Below are positions 44,401 through 58,658 of a stretch of 63,146 bases of DNA, one piece after another. The notes under the pieces were generated by a model. It did not search any database, had not been told where the DNA came from, and saw only the letters and a program-made list of their open reading frames with translations. Within the stretch, counting starts at the first letter, position 1. The number at the start of each line of letters is the position of its first letter. Made by a program: the position numbers and the translations under genes. The DNA comes from Trichoplax sp. H2 (Eukaryota): positions 62,001-125,146 of the forward strand of contig NOWV01000211.1 in the NCBI GenBank assembly GCA_003344405.1. The letters run 5' to 3'.

Positions 44401-47400
44401 AATTGTTTCAGTTGTTTATCAAAGAACCTTTTTGTTACAGATTACCCCTGGGCAGAATATCTACCTAATTGCATATACGGTATCCAGTTTTGATATTTTA
44501 GATAACTTTAGTAGACAGATCCATATATTATATACACTATATGCAAATTTAATTTCTGTACATCGCTATGGGCCTTTCATGAGCGTAAACTACGTTCTAA
44601 TCTTTATTTTACAAATATAAGATTGGAGATTCATTTTAGAGATGATGAATCAGAAATAATACTATTAGAATGCCATTTACATGAATTGTAAAGGCAGAAT
44701 CCACTTATAAAGTTATTCACATAACATTTCTATATTTTTTAATTAAATATTCTCTTACAAAAGAGATAGCCAATGCCACTTCTCGAATGAGACAATAAAT
44801 AGGAAGTAACTTTTTCCATTAAATTGAATAATATAAATGTACATCTTTTAAGTTTTGCATAAATTAGATGGTATTGTAACATGTAAGATCCACTACAATT
44901 GTTAGCTAGCTCTAATAATTAAATTTAAAATTTATAATATGAGAGTTCTATTGAAAGTGAAATCTTTTTAACCATTATCGCAGCCTAATTGAATATTTTT
45001 TAGAGATTGCTATCCCAGAATCTTAATTTGTATTGAGTACATAGCGAAATAATTTGAGAATATATACGTATGCAACTAGAGATAGTTAAAAAATTAAAAT
45101 TAAATCGTGAATATTACTTTTTCGTCTATACTGCATACAGCAATTTACATCATCGACTATCTATTTCTTGACGAAAGATTCTGTAATATATTGGAACGAT
45201 GATGTTCCGATGTGACAAAAATAATTTAAAATTGTTAATATGGCTGGATATGGCAGTGAGCATTAATTTGAAAATAGTGAAAATAACAGTAAATCATCTA
45301 TTAATTTCCAGTACGATACTGTAAACATATCTAGTTTAAAAATTAATAAGCCTGCATTGAAATTAAAACATTAAAAAGTCTCAATCGTCTATTTTCATGG
45401 CATTTTCGTGATGTTGCCGTGCCGGTACTGGATACAATCTAAACCTTCTTTGTATACACATTGTTTTCAAGGAAATTACTATTGCTATAAATGAACTAGC
45501 AAATAGACATAGCTTACTAGTAGAAATAAATCAGGAAATATGTCAATAAAAACAAACAGTCAGAGAGAGAATAATTGTGATAATCTAATTAAGTGTCAAT
45601 TTGCAGTTAATTACCGAGGCTTACCATCCAATTACGTTCCTTTGATATATCACTGGTTTAATTATAAACAGATGCCAATTTGATTAAATTCATTAAAATC
45701 ATTGATCTCGATTTTATCATTTCTATGACTTCTTCCGATGGCCTGCTTACAATTATTAAACTTATCGTAGGTACAGCATGATAAGCCAGCTATTTCAAAT
45801 GTCCTTGGTGTACTGAACTTATAATTACCTTAACAATTACAACGAGCATAGTATCAATTTTCATTGAAAGTAAGGAAACTATATTTATTTAGCCATATTA
45901 ACTTGTCAGACGTCAATCTTCGTAAGGTATAGCAATAATTTCATCATTCAACCCTAACACCAACGCGTATTTATAACAAATATCTGTATATGAAATTAAA
46001 AAGCTACTGTCTATAATCTTGATATTCATTATCGCAATCATACTGAACAGATTGATATATTTTTTGATCAGATATTTTGCACAACCGTTGAATATCTGAT
46101 AATTATAAAATTATAAGAATTAATCAAATTAGACCTATTCAATATCTGGTATCTAGATATATTCATAGCTTGGTTGATTTTCAATGCTAGATAAATTGCG
46201 TCGTAGATGATAGCTTATTGATTATAATGAAGGCAAGAACTATACTAAATAGACTTATAAATATAGAAATATAGCAAATTAATTTCATATCTTATAGAAA
46301 GACATCTCTCGTTCATGTAATAAGTCATATTATCATAATATTAGTGTACCGGAATCAACCAGCCTTACCTTATTGCATAATTTCTGCGCAGATTAAATAT
46401 TTCGTCATAACTTAAAAATACCACGGCTTTGCTTGTTAGTAGACACTATTTGGATTACAATGCTCGTAACAATCCTGTAGAGGAAACCTTGAGTTAGATA
46501 TGAATGAATCTGATAGATTCTGTAACCTAGATAAGAGAATAGGCTTCTTCAAGTCTATATGTATATTTAAGGATATTCAGAGTCAAAAAGATCACTGTAT
46601 AGCTGTTAAGAACTGATGTGACTTACGACACAGTAATGCATATTCCTGATTTTGATTTTATATCTGAAATTCTTCATCATCCAGATCCTACATTAAATTA
46701 GAGTTTAGTATTCTGCTATTTATATAAGTAAACTTATGCTGAAATAATATTTTCGTAATTTATTTATAACTTTAGATATTATGCAGTACATATCGTATAT
46801 AGTAACTAAAGTGGAATTTTTCTTTTAGTCAAATGGTCCGTTAACATTGAAAGGGGCTCTTCATCTTCTATTCAGTGATAAACTTCAAGTCGCAATATTA
46901 GGACCAAGGTCGCCGGCAGCTATTACTTATGTGGCGGAAGCCGCTGCGTTCTACAACGTAATGCAGGTAATAATCACACAACTGGTATAAGATATATCAT
47001 CGGCCGATAACAATTGATAAAGAAAAGATTTTTGCTTACTTCAATACGAAAGATAACAAAATGGTTTGATGTCTGTTCCTTAAAATTTATTGGTTAACAG
47101 TATCAACAATAAATGACATATTAGTTAGATATATCGCATTTGTTAACTTATGACCGGATACGATAATTAACAATTCTAATGATTTGCTATTTTACTTGTT
47201 TAGTTTTCTTATTCAGTGCCAAGTCTTGAAGTTAATAGCTCAAAATATAGGTACTTATTCAACACTTATAGATCAATTCGTGGTGTAGCGCTAGCCTATT
47301 ATGCTATGTTCAAGTACTTTAACTGGACTACAGGTACGATACTTTCTGAAAGAAGTTTCCATAAGGTGAGCATTGACCATAATCTTTTAATCTTGTCATA

Positions 47401-50400
47401 TACATTAATGACCAATTGCCACGAAAGTAATATTCGTACGTGTACTTTATTTCTATGTTACGTTCTATATATGTTTTAGGGCCTCCTTAATTGTAATTAT
47501 AGTGATATCCTTAATTTAGGATTACATAGACTAGAATAGTAATTGCCTACCAGCTAAACTGGATAATATCTATCACCTCCAAGTTGCTAAGGTTCAAAGT
47601 ACAATTCCTAAGTTTAGTAGAAATGTCTTAATAGGATAGTTTTATATGTATCTGTTAAACTATTAATAAGCATTGATTATTTTAGATGGAGACATGTAAT
47701 GTATAGATAGAATCTCTTTAGGGCATTAATTTGGTTAATTTCTAATTGACGAGGTGACTTGTGTAGCTAAACTGGCTTTAGGTCCAAAATCTATATACAC
47801 TGCGAGTTCGCCGACTATAAATTAGATTGTGATTTTCTAGGAAGTCTTGAAGGTCTCCCTACGTTAAACCCTATCGGCTTTGGAATACCAATTGTCTGGT
47901 ATTCCAAGTAATAGTAGTTAAGGAAAGAAATCACTTCTCAATCCTTGTTGCTAGTTAGGGCTATTCCTAGCTCGTAATATATTCGCTTGCAGCGGTGGGA
48001 TTCGAACCCACGCCATTGAAATGACTGTATTAGAAATAACCTCAACTTGGCATCTTTTATTCAATTATAAGCAAAAAATTTTAATTTTATTTGATAGATT
48101 TAGATACGGCTGTGCGTTTACTATTAATTAGATTCTTCTCACAAAACAGCTTTGCAACTAGATAACGTAATGTAGGATCAATAAGTCAATTTCTTGAACT
48201 ACGTATCAAGGAACGATATCTGCACTATCAGAAACACTTTTGCTCTGCTAGCAGACTACACAAAGACTTAGACGCCTCGTATTTTACGTTAAACACTAAC
48301 TTTAACAATTAACTTTATTACACGATATATTGCGTTTATATACTCTTCCTCAATAGTTCTTGAGTCATAGTTAGTACGAATAACTTTGGAATCATTCACT
48401 GAATTAGATACTAATTGTAGCTACTGCTCCCTAATGCAGACAATAGTATTTACCAACATAGACGTCTAATGACTAATACAGAATAATCAGATTACGATAT
48501 GTCTTATCACGAAACATTTCCACGATAATTTACAATCTACCATAAGTAAGTTACAATCACAATGATTCGAACTGTAAGTAGATAATTCGCATTCCCTAAT
48601 ATAATTAGTAATTTCAGTATATGTAGATATCACTGTCGCATAAAGTCAGCGCTATATTAAAACACAGTATATCCAAATTAGAAGTTAACTAAATAAGGAT
48701 AGACTAACAAAATTATCCTAACATGGATATTTCTACACTAATACAGTATATAACACTGTCACAATTCTTTAATTACCTTAGTATCATGTCATATTAATTT
48801 AAGTAGCCTTGATGAGAGTAGAAACTGATTACTTGTACCATCTAATTTCTAAATGCTTGAAAGGGCACACTGGGCTCGATGAAATTTGGCCCTTAACTAT
48901 GTAATTATTTGATATAGCAATGCTTTATCTGTTTTAGACTTCTACCTATTTGAAAGATTTGGGTAAGCGTGATGGATACTATTATAGATCTATGAGTGTA
49001 TCTCATCCCCCTATGATGTCTCATGCAATGGAGCAGATACAGGTATATAGCCGTTTCGATTTAAACTTTATGGTATTTTAAAGCCTGTTCTAGTAGTTTT
49101 GTTGATCATCTTAAGTTGTCATTAAGGAGAAGATGAGATGATAAAATTTAATGTATATGTAAGCTTGCAATAATGCTATCAGTAATGCCTTAAAATTGTT
49201 ACCTTGGTGCAATCTAATACCACGTTGGATTAATGCAGGTTGTTGTTGGTGTGCTAAATTATTCTACTTTTATACTATTAAGAAAGAAACACGAAGTCTA
49301 TTTACGGTATTTGCGGATGCGAACCTTACAGCGGTATTATTATGTGCAGTAAGTTAACACTATTTACTTCAACTGAGAATTCTATTTCTTGCTAGTATAG
49401 ATTGTTCAGCCTTGAAGAGAAGGCAATTTATCTTATTACGAAAGTAAATTGTCTTAATTTGTACATTATTGCCATGTTACGTTCTATATATGCTTATACG
49501 TCAACAATATTTACGGTCTCCTTGACTGTAATATTAGTGGGCAACAGTTGATATGTTAACAATCCTTAATTTAGGATCAGTTGGACTAAAATAGTAATTC
49601 CCAACTAGTTTAACTAGATTGAATTTATTACCTCGAAGGATGTTAAGGTTGCGAGTACAGATTCTAAGTTTATACGATATAGCTTAGTAGACTAACCTAA
49701 TATATTTTTGTTAAACTATTTGTAGGAATCGATTAATTCAATACTGACGTAGTAAATTGAACAGGAACACACTGTGTTTAATGTGTATAAATGTGCTAAA
49801 TTTTAATAATATCTACATAGGAATATCAATCAGCTTACCGTAAAGTAGATTTCAAAACGCACTCTCAATTTATGCTGCAAGTTTGGGCTATTCCTGTCTC
49901 TTAACAATCTACAATTTTATAAAACAGATTTACACTGCATTATTAGAATTTAATTATTATTCATCAAGACAGCACTAGATTTAAGCTTTAATAACAATTC
50001 TTAGGCAACGAAATATAATTTATATGGAAGTCAATATGTTTGGATAATACCCTATTTTGGAGAAAAAAATTGGTGGCAAGATGTTGAAGTGCATGCAAGT
50101 CGATTCGGATTAAATTGCACAGAAGATGACGTTTTATCTTCATTAAATAACGCCTTTGCTGTTAAAGTACCTAATTTTGATCAGAGTGATCGAATTAGCA
50201 TTAGCAAACAGGTAAAATGCGTCAAAATATAGATTTGATATTAGCGAAAATTTGCATTTGAATTAAGGCCCGTAATAGATGGACTTGTCAGACTTTAATG
50301 TTGTAACATTATCAAGTATACAGTAAATGGTAGTAAATAAGCTTCTTATAAGCGTATAATACTAATTTAGTGTAGAAAGATCTAAAGATTTTAAGAATAG

Positions 50401-53400
50401 ATTTGGTTCATTTAGTTAAATTTACCTTATTTCAAAATAAGCAATGAATTTTGATATCATGTAAAGCATCAGTTATGATCAACTGCCATTAATCCCCAGA
50501 AAATAGCACGACAAAGTTACGGTAAATTGTAAAGAGTCTGAGGTGATATCATTAACAATACTAATTACGCTATAATATTATCATATTCACAAGAAGTTAC
50601 TCATCGGAAAATAGATGCAGATATTTGATCGAGAATTAGTTATGGCTAAAAATTGAAATTTCAATTATAAGGTATTAAGAACTACTATAAGAGATCGCAT
50701 AATTGCGGCCAAAGCACATACTCGTATTTCTTTTACATAGAAACATACCTTACTTTAGATTTACCAGTATACACGAGTTAATGCTGTAGTTGGTAAAGCA
50801 GAATAATCCAGCAGCTATCCTTGATGGACCTAGAAATAGCGGCTTCATTAATACTGCTAAAGTCTAGGCAGTATTATTTATGATTTCAAAGAAGACTCAG
50901 AAAGCATTACTTTTTTCTGATATAGACTGGTAAACAATTTCACAGCCGATTTCTAAAGAGTTATGGCAAAGCAACATCTAATGCCTACTACAGCTATTGC
51001 TATGATTCGATGTGGGCATTTGCAGTAGCATTTAGGAAAGCCTTAAGCAGAATTCCCTATAAAAACCTGTTCAAAAACACTACTGCACAAACTTACTACG
51101 ATACACAGCAATTTATTCCTTTAGTGAAGGAATTAAAAAATCAATTATCGAATTTAAAATTTCAAGGAGTGACGGTATGTTTGGTATAACTTAATTCGAG
51201 CAATTAATTATCGATATTACTTCATGTTTAAGTTACAGTATGCATATCGAATTGAAATAGAGCATGCAAACCATAGTTTACAGAAAATGGATTCTTGCAT
51301 CTATTATGTAGAAGGTTGCAATTCAATAAAAGCAATAGTAAATTAATTGATAAGTTTGGAAATATCTAACCCTTAAAATCTAGGGAAAATTCAACATGCA
51401 AAATAAATATCGAATATCGGATTTTTACTATATTCAATATCAAGGTGTGAAAAATACAAGACTGCAGAAAATATCAATTATGTTAACGGAATTTACAATT
51501 TAGAGTTATGATTAAATGTATTTGCAGGAAAAAAACTATTCGATTAAATCTATCGATTAAAATACTTTGTAGATATTGGTCAGGATTACAATCAATCTGT
51601 TGTAGTTGGTCAATTTACAGCAAGTAATTCTTCCGCTGCATTTAACCATTCAGCGTTTTCTTGGCCAGGTTAATCTTTTGATAATTCTTGTAATATCATA
51701 ATCTTAAGTTTTAATGTGATATTATTTGTAAACTTCATTAATATGTTTATAAAAATGTGTAATAGTAATTAAAAGAGCTATAATGAGGAATAATTTTCAT
51801 GACAGACAAACACCTGCCATTACCATTTATGTAACACATGCATTTATACTATAATCATATTGCTGTATCAAAATCAGATGGCCACGCACCAGCTGTAATA
51901 ATACCTCATGCAATAATAGCCATTCAAATTTCAAGCTCAGCTTTTGCAACAATAGCATCTCTCTGTATCTTGGGAATTTGCTTGGCCCTAATATGTCTTG
52001 GTTTTAATATTGTCAAACGCAAGCATAGGTATAAAATTATCATAACTTTCGTTAATTTGAGTTTAAATCAAGATTAGAATTGAACTTGAATTGAGTTCAA
52101 TACTACAGTATCTAAAGCTGTAATAAGAGATTATTTGCATACTTATTGGGTACGATTTCAATACTTTTAATTATAATAAGTAACGAAGCGTAAAGAAATT
52201 TTCAAATAATTTCCTAGCCATATAGCTAAATGAAAGTAATTTGATATGAATGTTATTTAATATGGATAGGTTTATTAAAATGTCAAGTCCCAACATAAAT
52301 AATTTATTAACAATTGGTTGCATTATATGCTATGTGGCAATAATCCTATTTGGTGTGGATACTAATTTTATGGCATCAGTTAACCTGCCGATCATTTATG
52401 CCATGAGAGTATGGTTTCTTTGCATTGGATTTACCATTGCATTTGGATCATTATTTGTTAAGACTTGGCGAGTTTATAGAATTTTTAATAATAAAACTGG
52501 AAGGAAAATAGTACGTATTGCTGTAGCTACTTAGGCACTAAAATTTATACTATCAGCAAATTAGGTTACTGCTTACTGTAAAGTTTGCATTTTAGTTTGC
52601 GAAATTCAATAAACATTTGGATCGCAAGAAGCATTATGATAGTGTGTATGATGTGTAATGGTTATTTTCGTTACATAAAACAAAGGGCTATTAGCTATAT
52701 TTTAAATTGTAATTATCAGTATATGGCGTTTTGGTTTATATTTATGATATATCATGGCATTCATACATTATGATTAACTAATTAACCATCTTCTTCGTCT
52801 ACTATTTGTTTATTTCATTCAGATTATTAGAGATTGGTCTCTAATTCGTGCTGTAATGCAGTTGGTGTTGATTGATGTTGCAATATTATTAATTTGGCTA
52901 TTAGTTGATCCATATAAACTTAAACAACAGACTAGTTTCGTTTATGAGCCTATAACGGTAAGGTATAGTTTTAAATACTTGCTTATGTTATATCATAACC
53001 TTATATCAGCATAAAACTGCATGTCTTATGGCCATAAATTCTATATGAATAAAATTCTTAAAAATTTTAGATCGCAGGCACTTCGTATCGTGGCAAAGAA
53101 ATTATTCAGTACACATGCACAAGCACTCATTCCATATTATGGCTTGCAGTTATTTATAGCTATAAAGGCTTATTGATGCTTTTTGGAGCTTATTTGGCAT
53201 TTGCAACTCGTCGTGTGGCTATTGAAGCTCTCAATGATTCACGATATATTGCCGTATGCATCTACCAAGTTACTATCCTCAGCATGATTTCTGTTGCTAT
53301 TAGCTTCATCACATCAACTAATGTTGATTTAAGCTATATGCTCTTTTCTGGCATGTCGCTGCTTTGCGTAACTTCGGTTTTATGCATCGTCTTTATCCCT

Positions 53401-54043
53401 AAGGTAATTTTAAATTCTACTAATGATTTTATTCTGCATAAATCAGCTGCAAGACCATGCATGAGTTGTTCTAGAGATCTTATCAAATTACTCTCACTGC
53501 ATTTATTTAACCTTAAAAACTCTTCTAATTAGCTATAAGATTTTGCTTACTACAATCGCATGCCATGCCAATTTTTGTCGTTAATACTATTTGTGATATC
53601 GATTAAAGTTATTTAATCGATTATTTGTATCTTTTCGTAATTAGATGATGCGTCTGAAAGTTGCACCTGATGAAAAACTATTCACAAATACTATGCAGAG
53701 CAAATTAATCCATGCTAGGAATGCTGATTTACGTTCTCAGACATCGGAGATCACCATTCTACCATTAGAAGAAAACACCCCTAATTTCTCAGATGATCAG
53801 GTATTAATCTACATTTAATCAATAGCCATATGCAAAGAAGCAAGTTGTTAACAAAATGTTGATCAGTAAAAGCAGTTTTCTTAGCATATTCGTTCGGATA
53901 TTTTTTTATTATAATTTATCTATGATACACGATTATTGAAATTATTATTTAAATTTTAGAAGGATAAATTGATAGAAGATCTCCAGAAACAGCTTCAAAA
54001 ATTAATGGCAGAAAATTGTGAATTAAAGGCAGCGAGAAGATGA
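41452..54043 (+). CDS. Class C GPCR, GABA-B receptor-like (signal peptide, Venus flytrap, 7TM, C-terminal coiled coil), ~798 aa
   Basis: Exons 41452-41664, 46829-46966, 47204-47365, 48938-49042, 49283-49348, 50005-50211, 50926-51174, 51384-51444, 51573-51668, 51878-52028, 52270-52510, 52823-52957, 53071-53403, 53645-53800, 53960-54043 sum to 2397 nt in frame. Motifs IIGLFP, YGSQYVWII, YDSMWA, FQGVTG, IKMSSPNINNL, FGSLFVKTWRVYRIF, YKGLLMLFG, ALNDSRYI and FIPK are GABA-B-type; there is no cysteine-rich domain. Confidence 0.92.
47456..47979 (+). mobile_element. LTR, family C (intron of GPCR), followed by PBS-like tRNA sequence
   Basis: TGTTACG..CGTAATA termini; homologous to 49475-49906. Confidence 0.7.
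47989..48027 (-). pseudogene. 39 nt copy of tRNA-Leu 3' half (variable arm, T arm, acceptor strand)
   Basis: Reverse complement is CAGTCATTTCAATGGCGTGGGTTCGAATCCCACCGCTGC, with T-loop GTTCGAATC and a Leu-type variable arm. No 5' half is present. Confidence 0.75.
48137..48763 (-). mobile_element. Solo LTR, family B (627 bp)
   Basis: T(C)TCACA..TGTCACA with TSD ATTCT; homologous to 62618-63109 and to 33644/34468-34602. Confidence 0.85.
49475..49906 (+). mobile_element. Diverged LTR, family C
   Basis: TGTTACGTTCTATATATG..ATCCTTAATTTAGGAT..GGGCTATTCCT..TAACA is shared with 47456-47979. No clear TSD. Confidence 0.6.
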
Positions 54044-55460
54044 TACACTGAAATAATCATCCAAAATCTGTAATAGACAGAAGACATCTGAAATAATGCA
54101 TGATTATGCCATAATCTGATCCATATCATAGGATTATCTAACGTTACGATTGTGAGTGGAAAGATATTCACCAGTATATAGAAATACTTTCGCCACAATT
54201 TAATACTGCTGTGTAGTCTAAAAAATACTGCTATAGATGTTAAATCAATGATGGAAATAATAACCTATCGTTTTACGTTAAAGAAATTTGCATACAGCAA
54301 TAATCTTAAAATCTAATTGTTATGTTCTTCAATAATAAGTTCACTCCGTGAGTAAGATTGATAACCGCATTTTATTATTAGTTAATCGGTATTTATAGCT
54401 ACAGGAAGTTGCATCTCGATACGATTACAGTTTATACTTCGCACTACAATTAGTAACTTATCAGTCCGCCTTTTACAATGTTATCACCTACTATATTACA
54501 AGCACTACCATACAATCATCATATACGTACATATATAGTGTTTCCTTTTATTTATGCCTTTATGGTTAAGATATCGTATTTAATCTATTACTAACTATAT
54601 ATGCAATACTAATGTTTATTACTTACCACCTGCATAAATTGCTGCATTTAGAACTAGACAATGAAAATCAATACTATACTATAATTGTATTTCTCAATGA
54701 GCATCAATTAATAATAATTTAGCCTCACTAACAGATTGTGCATCTATATCAAGTTATATAGAGATATGTATAGTCGGTAAATTGGTAAATAAAATGTGAT
54801 AGTAAGCCCTTACGGTTTAATCAAAAATCTTGTATTATTTAAAAGTTACATCATGGCGAAATATATACCTAATGGATGGAAGTATCTTTGATACGTTCAG
54901 ATCTTTCCAACATGTTCGTATCAATATGCTACGCAAGCTACGTGATATACCGTCTACTTTTTGTATCATAACTGTACTAAGAAATAACGTGAAATGGTCA
55001 TATTTTCCTTCATCGATTTTGTAAATCTATCTTGCTCCTCGATATGCATTAGAAAGGCTGTTCTAATACTTGCTTCTATACTGATATTGTTATTGATGAT
55101 ACGCTTTTATTTTCAAGGCAACTTTCCTGATCAATACATACAATTTACTTTAGTTACTTATTATAGCTTAAGTTGCCACCTCTTAGTTACTTAATCGTGC
55201 AAATAATTTTCATTTTATACTTAATCCTTAATATTGAAACTTTCCTGAATTAGTGAATGAATAATATAGTATAAGGTGTGCGTGATAATCTTATATCAAC
55301 GGTAGCATTTGGCATATCTGGGGTAGTACAACAGTATGCAGCGTTTAATGGTTTAACTTTCTCAATCCTGTCATTGCAAACTTAGCAGGATTCGTAGTTA
55401 ATCGTAAGCAGTAACTAACTTTCATCAAGATAACTGTACCTACTAATCTAAGAACTTGTT

Positions 55461-56076
55461 TGTTACAAATCTCCTTTGTAACAAGAAACCGGGTCTTAAA
55501 CACTTTCTTCACTAGTACTCGTGTTCCTAACTAACTTAGGGACCGGACCTGTCATAGCTGAACTAACTCTCAGCTACACAAATAAGCTACTAATGAGTAA
55601 TAGGTTTAAATACTTCACTTTACTTTCGTTAAACTTAGTCGTAAAATGTGCTAAAGAAAAACGTAAGAATATTCTTAGCAATAATATTCAAAAGATCCTG
55701 CAAGTGACTAACTGGAACTGAGCAGCTAAGCTAGTGCTCGGCTTTTTATAGTCTCGACCAACGCCGATGGTGCACTTCTGAATATTCTTAACATAGCGAC
55801 TTACACTGTACAGTATACATATCCAAGTATAGCAACTAAAGCATCAAGGCTCTGCAAAGTAATTGACCTTACACTTAAGATGTTATTAATTAACGTTTAC
55901 CGATTAAACGTGTTAGCTCCGACACGTCAACAATATTGAACTTTCTCATACCTTGACAATAACAAGTACTTATTAATAAACATTAATATCTAATAAGCTA
56001 TTGGAGCAAAGAATAATTTAAATGAGATATTTTAATTAACATAACAATTAATATTTCGGAGCATGGCTCCGTAACA
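55461..56076 (-). mobile_element. Solo LTR, family D, inserted into the terminus of a family E LTR
   Basis: TGTTAC..GTAACA termini, TSD TTGTT/CTGTT, and minus-strand TATAAAAA near 55743-55750. Confidence 0.7.
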
Positions 56077-56077
56077 C

Positions 56078-57197
56078 TGTTACAGTGTTGCCTTGTCATT
56101 AGGATAATTAATAAGTACAGTAGTAGCTAGTATGGAGAATATCCATATTTGTAGTGCTAGGTAAGATAAGTAATACCTTAACGTGGATGTTGTTTGTAAT
56201 AGTTCATTAAGTATTTGATATCGATTGTTAATATGTAATAGATCGCAGTAAGATGATTCAAGTTCTAGTTGATGATAGTTGAATCAGACAACCGACAAGC
56301 TTAGATTAAGATTAAGTATGAGTAAGAGATTCAAAATACATACTAATAGAAAAGCTATGTGTGGAACATCTCAGTTCGAGAAGTTTCTCCTAGTAAGGTA
56401 TCATAATACTGTTGTTGTTTACAAATTAGACGATTCCTATATAAACGGGAACATTTGAGTTGAGTGTAGTGGTAAAAAGTTGTAGATGTATCTGTAGAAT
56501 TTGCCCAATTCTACCATAAACAATTGCCTTCTTCAACAGTCAGTTGGTTGAGATCAGGGTGCTTGACGGTCTCACAGCGAGATCACTCCAAAGGGATAAA
56601 AAAAATACTATAGTTTATTAAGGTTGTTGATTAATGAAATCAAACAAAATAAGATTAAAATTGCAGTAATCTGCCACTTCCTTTTATAGTTGTGGCACTA
56701 CAACCTTCGTGCACACTATCAATGAAAGCAAATATTCGTTACTTTCCTCATAGGCTTACTATGAGGCTTCAAAACAGAAATTAGTATAAGTCAAATAGAT
56801 AAACGAGTTAGTTAACAGTGTTAGATTACAAAACCGATCAATTCAAGGAATTCTAATGAATCCTTATTTACAGCTAATGTGTTAACCGTAGTCTTTTGAA
56901 AGCAACAATAATAATTATAATACTCAATATACTAATTTTATCATTTACACGTACCACCTCCATTAATAACCTACTTAACACGACTAAAATAAATGTTCAC
57001 AACGCACTAACAAAATACTTGTGATAAACATAAATGATGTAGTATCAAGTCTCTACAGTATCTTTGCTAATAAAAGTTTCATCTTTACAGCCTTTTCTGT
57101 GTGTGTGTTTAACGTTCAGTAAAAGGGCGTTTTAAGTTAGTAGCTACTTATAGACTTTTACTGTACGTTACCTTGTTACAGAAGTGAAATCGTGACA
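56078..57197 (+). mobile_element. Solo LTR, family E, interrupted by family F
   Basis: 56078-56492 plus 57058-57197 is homologous to the reverse complement of 36397-36945. TSD GAAC(T/C) at 55452-55456 and GAACC at 57198-57202. Confidence 0.78.
56493..57057 (-). mobile_element. Solo LTR, family F, nested in family E
   Basis: TGTAGA..TCTACA termini with perfect 5 bp TSD GTATC; minus-strand TATAAAAG (56681-56688) followed by AATAAA (56614-56619). Confidence 0.8.
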
Positions 57198-57618
57198 GAA
57201 CCTAAGAGGAATTAATCCTGAGAAGCTATCTCTAAGAATTATAACCTTTAGTTAGCGTTTTTGAAGTAAGCACGATAACTCAATAACACCTCTGGGATAT
57301 GCTAATCATAGCATTGTAGCATAATATGTATTCCTATTCTATAAGCAGCTACAGCAACTGAAATAAAGCAGCAGGTTTTTAATAATCTATGCATAGCATA
57401 AACTGATATCAATTAATCAACTACTGTAACAATTTATATACTATGATTTGTTATCGCGACATGGACTCTTAAATTATTCTATTGATAATTTTCCACCATG
57501 GATTACTACCGGTTTCAAGGTGTACGATATCAACCATCATTAGTTTTTACAATCAAATACTTAACGAGCTCTCTTAAATTCCGACTAATTCATCTATTAT
57601 TAGGATTACTATCTTGCA

Positions 57619-57772
57619 TTATCTTTAAATCCATTATAACGAATGAACATAAATGCTTTTCAACAAGCACAATATTGAGTATGTGCATATCTATATACAT
57701 TCAGATTTCGTTATTCTCTTATCTTTAAATCCATTATAACGAATGAACAAAAATGCTTTTCAACAAGCATAA
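57619..57772 (+). repeat. Two ~52 bp direct repeats, 100 bp period
   Basis: TTATCTTTAAATCCATTATAACGAATGAACA(T/A)AAATGCTTTTCAACAAGCA at ~57619 and ~57719. Confidence 0.85.
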
Positions 57773-58658
57773 TATACAGGTTGCATACTTGTTAATAAAT
57801 CTTAAATTACCATATTTTAAAGATTTATAGTGTAAGAACATTTAATGACTGGTTTTAAGGAGTACAATATTGAATGTATCGGCCTATTTCACGGTCTAAA
57901 ATATATAATACTGAGAGCTTGAATCATTCCATCAGAATATTTAACTGAATATTTCCAGTATAAGATATCGTATGCTATCAAATCTGGAGGTGTTCGATTT
58001 CGAATATATTAGCAATATAGCCTCTTTCCGTCTTAATACGAGTTAAAGTTTACCATTAGATCATTCTTGGTTTGACAGGAAGATTCTGTATAAAGTGTTA
58101 TGCTGTTACCCAAGTGCTCAATAATGTTACAGGATACAGTATCAAAACAAAGCCCGTACACATGGTAGGATTAAATATATGAACTCTTGAATAGCATAAT
58201 ACAATTTATGAATATATTTATAATTGATGAAATTGTTAATAATTATTCATATGAATAATTACTTGCACCCTTTCGCTAGTAAGTCGCAAATGCTATAGTC
58301 TAGATCTTAGTTAATATTCTTATATACTTACAGTTAATTAAATAGGTCGTAATTATTTACGGTATCTTAACAAACTCTTACACACATTGACTAGTATCAA
58401 GTCGTAAACACTATAGTCTGGGTCTTAGCTAAGCTATACTTTCAATCTACGATTTTAGGCACTGTGCGATAATCATCGGTTAGGGTCTTGTAAAACCATA
58501 TAATAATGTATTTTTTCAGTAGAAGCAGTTTCTTTCTAGCATAGATGCGTCTTGAATGTTAATTGCTTGAGTTAGCTATTAATTTAGTTGAAAAAATGAC
58601 CATTAGTTGGCTCAGTAATTTCAAATTTGCTGCTAAACAAACTATTTATTAACATTTG

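Noticed and set aside
47989..48027. Functional tRNA-Leu gene
   Set aside because: Only the 3' half is present; there is no D arm, anticodon arm or 5' acceptor strand.
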